A stretch of DNA of 63,608 bases, filler included, from Tricharina praecox (Eukaryota), in NCBI RefSeq assembly GCF_024521635.1. It is 3 parts of 3 records of this genome, joined end to end, with 100 filler letters (N's around TTAATTAATTAA, not from the genome) between each part and the next. Parts side by side here need not be neighbours in the genome. Positions count along the whole stretch, not along the records: positions 28,889 to 56,524 come from NW_026250469.1; positions 56,625 to 63,608 come from NW_026250492.1; 1 more part is not named here. One strand, written 5' to 3'. Below the pieces are notes generated by a model. It had not been told where the DNA came from. It did not search any database and worked only from the letters and a program-made list of their open reading frames with translations. The translations under genes and the position numbers were made by a program. Below are positions 50,019-59,875 of this stretch, piece by piece (within the stretch, counting starts at the first letter, position 1; each line of letters opens with the position of its first letter).

Positions 50019-52022
50019 ATGTCCTCCTCAAACCTCGACATGCTCCGCCTCAAACTTCCTCAGACCCTGAGCAATGCGCTCGTTAGCATCCCGCAAGCAT
50101 CCGAAACTGTCGAAGTACGAAACCCGGCAGCCTGGCTCAGGCTGATGAACCACCAATACCAAACGGCACAAAGAGACCTGCGCCAGCTTTACCAAGCATG
50201 CGATCAGAAGTTCAACGAAGAGGACTCCCGAATGCAGGAAATCAGAAGGAACTACGAACAACTCTGCGATGGGGTCAAGTATGTGTACAACCTCTACGCT
50301 CACAATGCCGAAATGAATGCAGAATGACTTCGAACCGAGCTGTCAACGGTAGCGAACGCGACGCACGCCCTGAGCAGCGACGTATGGGCAGTCATTCGAG
50401 AACGTAACCAGAAAGACGAAGACAACCGCGAGTTGCAAAGCGTCGCAAACGCTCGGCTACAAGACGCCATCGTGTTCCTCGAAACGGCGCAAGTCGAACA
50501 ACGCAGGGAGCAAGCGGTGTACAACCGCAACGTGGAAATTTGGGCAGGGAAACAGGAAGAGAAGGCAGAATACCTCTACAAGGAGCAACAGCGAATCAAG
50601 GAAAAAATCGCTCGAGCAGAGAAAAAATTGAAGGCTGTAGAGGTACGGACAGGGAAGGCGAAGGAAAAGGCCCCGGAGTGGGTAAACACTACCCCAAGAG
50701 GAGGATCGCGGGCAGAAAGGTCAGCAACAAGGGAAACTCCGGCAGGTGCAGGAATGTCCCCTCCTCCTCCACCCCCAAGACGTCCGGTGACTAACCTTGG
50801 AGGTGATCCCTCGGATGGGGAACCATCGGATGATGACGATTCCATCCCCTTGCCGCGTCGTTCGCCGCCCCGTCACCGACACGCTCCGCTACCAAGAGAA
50901 GACGACGAAGACGAAGAGAGTCGCTTCGCTCGGATCATCGCTGCTGCCGTCTCCGCATCGAACCCGAGGGCCATCAAGCTTAAAATGAAAGAGCCCAAGC
51001 CGTTCGATGGCAAGCAAAGAACAGCCTTCCGTCCATGGTGGGACTCAGTTGAAGAATATCTTGAGTTCCAGCCAGAGACAAACGAGCAGCAGAAGATAGC
51101 GTGGGTGGGATCCCGACTGGAAGGGACAGCGGCAGAATGGCATCAGGCCCGTCGAAAAAGCCTGAGACAGCTACACTTGGAAGATACCTGGCAGGCGTAC
51201 CAAGAGGCACTCAAGGAGGCGTACCGCGACACGCAGGAAGGAGCGAACGCATTAAGAAGGATGTGGGCCCTCGAATACAAAGGAGACATTCAGGCTTACA
51301 TGACCTCCTTCCGATCGCTCAACATGATCGCTCGCGCCACCGGCGAACCGCTACAAGACATAGTCAACCAGGCCATGACTACCGACATCGTGGATATGTG
51401 CTTCAACCAGCACACCGAACCCTACGAAGACGATGAAGACTTCCTGGAAACGGTGCTCAGAGCTGGCAACCATGTGGAACGACGGGACGCGCTGAAAAAG
51501 GCAAGGGCAATGAGGAAAGGGGGATCGGGTAGCCAGGGTTCCGGCGGCGACCGGAAGGGACCTGGCAACGGTCGGCAGGGCCAAGGAAAGGGAAGAGACC
51601 CCGGGGGCCGCAAGGAAAGTGGGGAGTCCCCGGAGGGCCGAAAGGCCAAGGAAGCAACAGGAGTCAGGAAGGGAAGGACAAGGGAAGGGGACATCTACGC
51701 AGGAGCAAAGGAGGCTCTGGTAGGGGTTCCCCAGAAGGAGATCGATGCCCACAAAGGATCCAAGTGCGACTGTTGGCGTTGCGGACGAGACGGCCACCGA
51801 ACCTTCCAATGCTACGCCAGAAAAACAGTCGCGGGTACCGAACTCCCCGAGAGTCCAAAGGTGTCATCCGTGACAAAGAGAAAGCGGGACACCCAGGATG
51901 CCGAACCCACTCGACCGAGGTCCAAGCAACACAAGGCTGCGGCGGTTGTGGTGGAGGATGAAGCAATGACGGAGGCCCCTCCATTCTGGGAAAGGAATGA
52001 GAGTGAGCCGGAGGATTTTTGA
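50019..52022 (+). CDS. gag: Gag, 667 codons with one internal TGA at 50325-50327
   Basis: Track ORFs 50019 and 50433 share one frame; capsid-like EPKPFDGK...; CCHC knuckle CWRCGRDGHRTFQC. Confidence 0.9.
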
Positions 52023-52072
52023 GCGGCCCCAGCACTCCGCAGACTGGACGGCCAAGTGTATATGTTTGCGGA
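52013..52072 (+). promoter_or_regulatory. -1 ribosomal frameshift signal: G_GAT_TTT plus predicted pseudoknot
   Basis: Heptamer directly before the gag stop; pol lies in the -1 frame; stem starts after a 5-nt spacer. Confidence 0.8.
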
Positions 52073-55000
52073 ACGAAGAGACCACGGCCTCAGGATATCG
52101 ACAGCGAATCCAGAGATAAGCGAAGACGAACGGACCAACCTATTTCTACGAGTCCAACCGCGCCGAGCGCCTCAGGGTGTGAGCCCCCAAAACCTGTCAG
52201 CGGACCACGACCAATCATAGAAATGATGCTCCTCTGGTCTGAGCACAAGCGACGACGGATCCGAGTACTCCTAGACACAGGATGTGCCATTCCGATCATC
52301 AAACGAAGCCTTGCACGAGAACTTGGGTTGCCCCTCATTCAACCACCCAAGCCGGTGGAAATCAAGGACTTCCACGGAACCATGGTGGAAGGAGCCGGGG
52401 AATCTTATACAATGCCGATGCTCCTCCAACACCGGAGGCACTACACCAACGAAACCTTCGAAGTGGCTCCCTTGGACGACTGCGATGCCTACCTCCCGTA
52501 TTGGTGGATGGCTAAGCATGAACCGACAGGGTTGTGGGAGAATGAAGCACAGAAAATTCGCTTCACCAGCACCCGATGCAAGGAACAATGCACCTTGCAA
52601 CAAGCTACCAGCTTTCCGATGGAACTTGACACGTCTGTCATTCACAATTCGGAGGCTCGCATTATTGGATACGTCTCAGCTGGCCCGGAATCAGATTCAC
52701 CCATGAATCTGCTTCCGGAGAAGTTCAGACGATATGCCAACATCATGAGCAAGGAAGCAGCCGATAAGCTTCCCGACCACAAGTCCTACGACCACGCAAT
52801 CGATCTCAAGGAAGGAGAGACTCCTCCATGGGGTCCTATCTATGCGCTGTCAGAGAAAGAACTTGAGGCCCTCAGAGAGTGGCTCAAGGAGATGCTCCAG
52901 ACAGGCAAGATTCGAAGATCCAAATCACCAGCCGGGGCGCCGATATTATTTGTACCAAAGGCGCAGGGCAGGGGTCTCCGATTGTGTGTCGACTATCGCG
53001 GTATCAACAAGATTACCGTAGCCAATCGCTACCCACTCCCGATCATGGCAGAGTTGCAAGACCGAGTCAGGGGTGCGAAAGTCTTCACCAAGATTGATCT
53101 GAAGAATGGCTATCACCTTATCCGCATCAAGGAAGGTGACGAGTGGAAGACGGCTTTCTGCTGTCGATACGGACTGTTTGAGTGTTTGGTCATGCCGTTT
53201 GGGCTGACCAACGCTCCAGCGACGTTTCAGGACATGATTAACCACATATTTCGGGATATGTTGGACCTGGGACTGGTCGCGTACATCGATGACCTCCTCA
53301 TCTATGCGAAGACGCACGAGGAGCATGACAAGATAGTCATCGAGGTACTAAGGAGGTTGGAAGAAAATAAGTTGGCAATCTCACCAGAGAAGTGTGTCTG
53401 GTCGACAGGGAGAGTCGAGTTCCTAGGATACGTGATATCCCAAGATGGAATTGAGATGGCTAAGGACAAGGTGGAATCTGTGCTCTCGTGGGAGGCGCCG
53501 CGGTCCCTGAAGGAAGTACAAGCCTTTCTTGGGTTCGCCAATTTTTACAGGCGCTTCATCAAGGATTTCTCAAAGATCACGAGACCCTTGACCGAGAGCA
53601 CCCAAGAAAAAGGGAAGGATTGGAGATGGACAGCGGAGATGGAACTGGCCTTCGAGGAGCTGAAGTCTAGGTTCACCACGGCACCGATTCTCGGGCACTT
53701 CAACCCAGAATTACCTGTCATGGTGGAATCCGACGCTTCGGACTTCGCGTTGGGCGCGGTCCTGTCTCAAAGGACAGAGGATGGGAAGTTACACCCAGTT
53801 GCGTTCCACTCAAGAAAGTTTACCCCAGCCGAAATCAACTTTGAGATTCACGATAAGGAACTACTCGCGATAGTAGACTCTTTCAAACGCTGGCGGCAAT
53901 ACCTTGAGGGAGCAAAACACCAGATCCAGGTGTACAGCGACCACCAGAACCTTGAGTACTTCACAACCACGAAAGTACTCAATCGACGGCAGGCGAGATG
54001 GGCACAAGAACTCGCTGGCATCGACTTCAAAATCTACTACCGGCCCGGCAGCCAGAACGGCAAGCCTGACGCATTATCCAGGCGCCCGGAGTACCGCCCT
54101 GAAAAAGGGGGGGGTGAAGATCAGCCGATTACGACGATCCTGCATAAATCACACTTTGCAGGCGACGATTCGAGAGTTTCATCAATCAGCACCGGAGGCG
54201 AAAGCACCGTGTTCCTGGTTTCGTCAACTCGGCTACAATCAATCCCCGTGCCAAAGTGGAATGAAGAATTTCTGGGTTGGGTCAGGAAGGCAGGAAAGGA
54301 AGATGCTGGGTATCAGGAGGCTCTGAGCAGCATCAAGGACACGAACGGGGACGCGGCTCAGAAGGACACTGAGTCGGAGGGCCGAAAGGCCTGGGAACTG
54401 GCCGCCGAGAGTAGGGACTCCGGCAGGATGGACCGAAAGGCCAGGATTTTGAGGATGGAAGAGGGGTGCCTGTATAGGAAAGAAAGGCTATGGGTACCAG
54501 ACGATAAGGAACTCGTCAGACACATCCTCGAGTCGGAACACGATACGAAAGTCGCGGGGCATATGGGCCAGGACAAGACTATCGAACTTATCCGACGCAA
54601 TTTCTGGTGGCCAAAGATGGACGAGCAGATTATAGACTTCGTCCGGAGTTGCGCGCAGTGTCAGAAGGACAAAGCAACAAGGCACCAGCCGTATGGACTA
54701 CTCAATCCCCTCGAGTTACCATACACCCCATGGCAATCAATAGCCATGGACTTCATTACCGACCTACCGGAATCCAACGGATGCGACCAGCTATGGGTGG
54801 TCGTCGACCGCTTCACCAAGATGGCGCATTTCATCCCCCTACCTAAGGATGGAAAGATAGCCGAGGATCTCGCGAAGATTTTTGCCCGCGAGATATGGCG
54901 CTTTCACGGATTACCAGCAGACATAGTGTCGGACCGAGACTCACGGTTTACCTCGGGTACATGGAAAGAATTCATCCGGCTGCTAGGCATTAAGCCCCGG

Positions 55001-55828
55001 ATGTCAACAGCGTTCCACCCACAGACGGATGGACAAACCGAACGCCTCAACCAGACGATCGAAGCATACCTCCGCTCCTTCGTCAACTACGAACAGAACG
55101 ATTGGGTGAATCTCCTACCGATGGCTGAGTTTGCCTACAACAACTCGGTTACATCGGCAACCGGAATGTCGCCCTTCTATGCGAATTTCGGATACCACCC
55201 GTCGGCGACAAACCCTGCTGCGGCAAATTCTCTCAACCCCGCCAGCAAGGTCTACGCTCACTGGATGCATACAGTCCACGAGGAAAACATCAAGACCCTC
55301 GAACGAACGCGCGAACGAATGCGCAAGTATGCAGGTCAACACCGTCAGGAGGCACCGGCTTATCAAGTAGGAGACTTGGTAATGCTCAATGGGCGGAACA
55401 TTCAAACCCGCCGACCCTCGCGGAAGTTGGACCACAAGAACCATGGTCCCTTCCAAATCGAGAAGATCGTATCGCCGCTCGCTGTCAAGCTCACTCTGCC
55501 AAGGAAGTGGAAGATTCATAATGTCTTTCACGTCTCGCTCGTTGAACCGTTCCGAGCCGGCACCCGAGCACCACCGGATCCCTCTCAAATCTTACGAGAG
55601 GCCGATGATGTGGAAGGCAACGAAGAATACGACGTCGATGAGGTTATGGGCAGCGCGAAGAAAGGTCGACGAGTGCTCTACCTCGTCAAATGGCTCAACT
55701 ACCCCGAACGACGGGACTGGACGAACGAGCCATTCGACAACTTCTCAGTAGGCGGTCGGGAAAAGCTACGCGAGTTTCATCGCAAAAATCCCGATGCGCC
55801 GAGGGACTACCGGCTCACAGATGAGTAA
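52019..55828 (+). CDS. pol: Pol polyprotein (protease, RT, RNase H, integrase, chromodomain), likely expressed as Gag-Pol
   Basis: LLDTGC; YIDDLL; SDASD...DKELLAI...SDHQNL; H-X6-H...CAQC; MDFI/SDRD/ERLNQ; GPF; EYDVDEV...YLVKWLNY...WTNEP. Confidence 0.98.
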   Translation: MSGPSTPQTGRPSVYVCGTKRPRPQDIDSESRDKRRRTDQPISTSPTAPSASGCEPPKPVSGPRPIIEMMLLWSEHKRRRIRVLLDTGCAIPIIKRSLARELGLPLIQPPKPVEIKDFHGTMVEGAGESYTMPMLLQHRRHYTNETFEVAPLDDCDAYLPYWWMAKHEPTGLWENEAQKIRFTSTRCKEQCTLQQATSFPMELDTSVIHNSEARIIGYVSAGPESDSPMNLLPEKFRRYANIMSKEAADKLPDHKSYDHAIDLKEGETPPWGPIYALSEKELEALREWLKEMLQTGKIRRSKSPAGAPILFVPKAQGRGLRLCVDYRGINKITVANRYPLPIMAELQDRVRGAKVFTKIDLKNGYHLIRIKEGDEWKTAFCCRYGLFECLVMPFGLTNAPATFQDMINHIFRDMLDLGLVAYIDDLLIYAKTHEEHDKIVIEVLRRLEENKLAISPEKCVWSTGRVEFLGYVISQDGIEMAKDKVESVLSWEAPRSLKEVQAFLGFANFYRRFIKDFSKITRPLTESTQEKGKDWRWTAEMELAFEELKSRFTTAPILGHFNPELPVMVESDASDFALGAVLSQRTEDGKLHPVAFHSRKFTPAEINFEIHDKELLAIVDSFKRWRQYLEGAKHQIQVYSDHQNLEYFTTTKVLNRRQARWAQELAGIDFKIYYRPGSQNGKPDALSRRPEYRPEKGGGEDQPITTILHKSHFAGDDSRVSSISTGGESTVFLVSSTRLQSIPVPKWNEEFLGWVRKAGKEDAGYQEALSSIKDTNGDAAQKDTESEGRKAWELAAESRDSGRMDRKARILRMEEGCLYRKERLWVPDDKELVRHILESEHDTKVAGHMGQDKTIELIRRNFWWPKMDEQIIDFVRSCAQCQKDKATRHQPYGLLNPLELPYTPWQSIAMDFITDLPESNGCDQLWVVVDRFTKMAHFIPLPKDGKIAEDLAKIFAREIWRFHGLPADIVSDRDSRFTSGTWKEFIRLLGIKPRMSTAFHPQTDGQTERLNQTIEAYLRSFVNYEQNDWVNLLPMAEFAYNNSVTSATGMSPFYANFGYHPSATNPAAANSLNPASKVYAHWMHTVHEENIKTLERTRERMRKYAGQHRQEAPAYQVGDLVMLNGRNIQTRRPSRKLDHKNHGPFQIEKIVSPLAVKLTLPRKWKIHNVFHVSLVEPFRAGTRAPPDPSQILREADDVEGNEEYDVDEVMGSAKKGRRVLYLVKWLNYPERRDWTNEPFDNFSVGGREKLREFHRKNPDAPRDYRLTDE

Positions 55829-55956
55829 GAGTTTTTTCCCATGTGGTTTTTCTCGAACTCGGGCAGGTAGTAGGATGAAGGGGTTGGAGGACTTCATCCA
55901 CAGTTATCAAGTTAGGATAAAGGCGAGGACTTGGGTGCTTCGGGCCGAAGCCTCGT

Positions 55957-55970
55957 GGGAGGGGAGATGG
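55957..55970 (+). promoter_or_regulatory. Polypurine tract
   Basis: GGGAGGGGAGATGG immediately before the 3' LTR TG. Confidence 0.9.
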
Positions 55971-56524
55971 TGTGACACCCCGATAGGTATCGGAGGTCAC
56001 AACGGTCGCAAGAGATGTGATTAGATAGTTCGGGTGATTAGAATAGAGTTGCGAGCCGAAAGGATAGTTAGAAGCGATCAAGGACAAGATAGGAAGGAGG
56101 GAGCAAACGGATTCCAGAGTCTAGACAGTGATCGGAGATGCGGGAGATCAGGATAACAGTCCAGAGGACTTTGAGATCTCCGATCATAGGGCCCCGCAGT
56201 AGGAACTCCGATCCAGGAAAAAACTGTTATGACGAGAGAATCGAACATCGACCGATGGGGGCAGACAACTTCGAGCGAAGAACTCTGCCGGCGCACGAGG
56301 GAGATAATTGCTCGGAAACTCCGATCCATCTTGGGCGCGTGGTGTTTACCACCTGCCTAGTCGAGAAGACTATCCGAAGAGAGCTGACGACGACTCAAGG
56401 CTAGGCCGCGGAACTCCGATGCAAAGGAAGCAACGGAGCTACGTTAGGCCGCACTCTAGAGGAATCACGTGCTGAGGATGGGGACGACTATAAGTCGAAC
56501 CGAGCGGGCAACCGAACAAACTAC

Positions 56525-56624
56525 NNNNNNNNNNNNNNNNNNNNNNNNNNNNNNNNNNNNNNNNNNNNTTAATTAATTAANNNNNNNNNNNNNNNNNNNN
56601 NNNNNNNNNNNNNNNNNNNNNNNN
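56525..56624. other. Artificial contig linker N44-TTAATTAATTAA-N44
   Basis: Same 100-nt pattern as at 28789. Confidence 0.97.
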
Positions 56625-57369
56625 CTACTCCCGTTCGTGTCAGCGCACTGAGGCCGGAGGCTAAAGACAGGCGCGATGTGGAGATGGTAGTTATCTTGCA
56701 GTGTAAAAGAAGCGAGGCGACGATTGGTGAAGTGAAGATGGGATCGTCTGCGGGAGCCTGGAGGAATGGGACTGCACATCCCCCCTGTAAGTACGTGCGT
56801 GTAGATAAGTACCAGCCAGGAGAACCAGCTACCGGACTGCCCGCGAAATTCCTCAGCTGTCGAGACCGGCCTAATTATGTATTCGTAAACTCGGGAGGCT
56901 AGGGGGCCGGTGTCCCGGTCGGCAGCCCGGTCCACCAACAAGCTGGAACATATCCAACCTTCGATCCTCCTAAATACCCTGCCCGTCTGCCGTCTGTGAG
57001 ACATGGGCGGCAACTGCGGGTTTATGATCTGCCTGACTGACTTCCCGCTGTGCGCAGTCGAATGATAGGTGGGCTTGCCAGCAATACATAAATTGAATCC
57101 GCCCTGAGACATCCAGGCAACGAGCACTCTGCGCCCGCTCATTAACTACCCAATACTTCACACGACTCTTAGACATCCGGATGGCCTCGCATCACCGATC
57201 AAAGACGGCACAGCTGCATCTCCTTTCCGCAGAGTCACATTGCTCATCGTGAGCTCCAGGGCTATTTATTCAGCATGTCCCCCATCCGAAGACGAGGCGA
57301 ATTCGGGGAAGCAGAGCCAAGCAGTGGAGTTCCGTCTATCAACTCAAATTCTCGCCATCAACTAGGACT

Positions 57370-59666
57370 ATGGACTCTAAAACAGCCCACGAGTGCATCA
57401 ACAAGCTCGAGAAACTTCAGAAGGAACAGATGTAAATCCTCAAAACCCTCTTCAACGTTGCCAGTACCGAGCCTGTGGAGGAGGAGGAGAGCGGCAAGGA
57501 TATCGAAAGCGGTTAGACCGAACCTCCCTTGAGCAACCTCTAGATCACTGATTAGATTGTCACGAAGTGGGGTACGCTGAGAGCGCCAACATCCCAATCC
57601 CACCAGAATTGGATGTGGCCTGGCACAACGACCATCTAGAAGCTCGCGTCAACGAGGCCATCACTCGATTGCGGAAGACCGGGGCCGAAGGTATAGCACG
57701 TCTCCGTGGATCGATGAGATTTCCAGTCCTGATTAACAGTGGCCAGGGAGAAATACCGTTTCAGACACAGCCATTACATTCATAGTGGAAAACACTCTAA
57801 AGGATCTTGATCAATTCAGCTTCGGCCGCACTGGCTACATTCCCAACCCAGACACCTCCGAGATTACCCGTAGTAACAGGGGTTTCAATCGTTTGGAATG
57901 GAGCGACGAGGAAGCATTTCATGTACGCGATTTCCGTCGTGTGGCGCCAGGGACACTCACAGGCATGATTGCTGTTTCTCGAAGACGGGATAGTCTTGAG
58001 CGGACATGCCAGGTGATAGGCGTGGGACATCTAATACCACCTGTAAGAAGCGCTCCCCGGACACCGATCGTTGCTGAATTATTGTTCCATAGAGGTCCCA
58101 GACTGGTGCCTACGGGAGGGAGATGGATATCCGGGTCATCACCCCCAGCGCTCTAGCCATGGTTTTCATGAGTGAAGGATTTAGTCATGAAGACGGTAAC
58201 CGTCGCCTGTTCGATTCATCGGCGATAGCACGCCACTTGAGTAACGATACTCGAGATCGGTTTTATCAGCACAGTTCCACTTTGCCTGGCATGTCGAGTA
58301 TCGGCGACAACCGTATAACTGCAACGGTGCGTCTTACGTTAACCCGCGAAACTCGCCGTTGTTGATGCTGATGATGACAAGGGTGGACAACTACCATCAG
58401 CTTCTTCGTTGTCTACGACCGCAAACCAAGTGATGACACGGCGCCGATGGTCAGTAGCGGCCTCTTCAACAGTACATTCCCGAAGTCCTCTCCAAGTGAT
58501 CGATAAATTAGAGGGGAGAAATTTACTGTTAATTTCTGCTCCTATCGCCGCTCGCTCGTCGAGGACGAGCATGCGGAGTACAACGGCAAACGGTTCGGAC
58601 ACGCACCCGAACATGGACCGTGGCATCTTCAAAGGTTGGGATTCAGCGATACGGAGTTTACTGGCTGGATCGTCCTTAACCTCTAGGGCATATATGATTC
58701 CTGGGTTAAGGTTATGAATGAGTTTGACCGGCAAATATCTGTCCCGGTTTGTCGATCCTTCATGTCTATCACCGTCATAGACTAATGTGAGCCTTTTCAG
58801 AGTGCCGTCATCTTCGATCCGGGCCTCCGTAAGAAAATATTGTTTGAAGACGAAGAATTGAGCACCATTAAACACTACGTCTGGGCTTTGCAGAGTATCC
58901 GCGTCTTCGCCGAAACCGTCGAACGAACTATAGCCTACATTCCCAGAATGTTCCAATCTATCCACCTTCTAGACGAGTCGGGTGACCACGGGAACGAGGA
59001 CGACGGTTTGAGAGAGAGCTTCAAGCTTCTACTCGCGCGTATCGAGCGCAAGCGCGAGGAAGTCAAAGGCCTCAGCGACGTAGTTCGGATTATTGTGTTT
59101 CCCCTCACATGTGTGCTTAGGCTGACACGCCGCTTCAGCTCTCGGCAACTTCCACCGTGGTAGAAGCACGACTAGCGGCAAACCAGAGTCAGAACGTTCG
59201 CTTGTTAAAGTTGGTGACGATTGCGTTTCTGCGCATCTCGCTGGTTACAGCGTTGTTCAGCATGCAGGTAAATTTGTGCCTCAAGGCTTCTGTTCTGAAC
59301 AGCGGATTGTTCTAACCGTCGAAGGTGCTTCCCTCGGGCGCAACGCTATCATCATTCTTCGTCACTACCATTGTCGTCAGCCTGGTTACATTCTTGATAG
59401 TTTTCAATCTCCGGAATACCAGTCGGCTGCTGAAAAAGAGCTACGGCGAGTGGACGGAAAGCCTACAGAAGAGCATGATAAGCGCCCAGCAGCCGTGGAA
59501 TGATCGCGGACAGCTGCTCCAAGCGGCAGACCAGTTCAAGCGAGAGCAATACCCGATTAGTAACTGGTGGTATCTGGGGTTTCTGTCGACTTATTTGGCG
59601 CGCAAGAATTCACGCCAGACACGGGGAAGCACCGATGAGCAGCGAGTGGGAGAATCGCTGGGTTAG
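57370..59666 (+). pseudogene. Degenerate fungal CorA-like membrane protein gene; 5' boundary uncertain
   Basis: IFDP...ILFEDEE...YVWALQ...RIERKREEV...NVRLLKLVTIAFL..SLVTALFSM plus a second TM helix; introns 58747-58800, ~59080-59138, 59268-59324; in-frame stops at 58504 and 58684 and an apparent frameshift near 58120. Confidence 0.65.
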
Positions 59667-59875
59667 CCGAGGGATGTTTAGCTGTATCTGTATGTAATAT
59701 GAGGTTGAAGTATGGAAAGCTTGCTAAGAGTCTGGGAGTTCGTCACGATGTAGAGAAGGCAATCTACCTAGTTTATTCAGTACCGATTCGGAATGACAAG
59801 TCGGTTCAACCAGTCACATCATTCGATTGACCTTGGAAACTTCAGTTAAAATAACCAGAGTGTCGCAGCCCGCTG

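Larger units (their letters stand above)
49292..56524 (+). mobile_element. Young near-intact Ty3/Gypsy chromovirus (family A); 5' LTR 49292-49980, 3' LTR from 55971 truncated by the linker
   Basis: TGTGA...TCACA LTR; 5 differences (all transitions) counted over the 554 comparable bp; gag-pol with PR-RT-RH-IN-chromodomain order. Confidence 0.98.

Noticed and set aside
58339..58965. 208-aa minus-strand ORF
   Set aside because: Antisense to the CorA-like remnant, crosses its intron, and has no recognisable motif.
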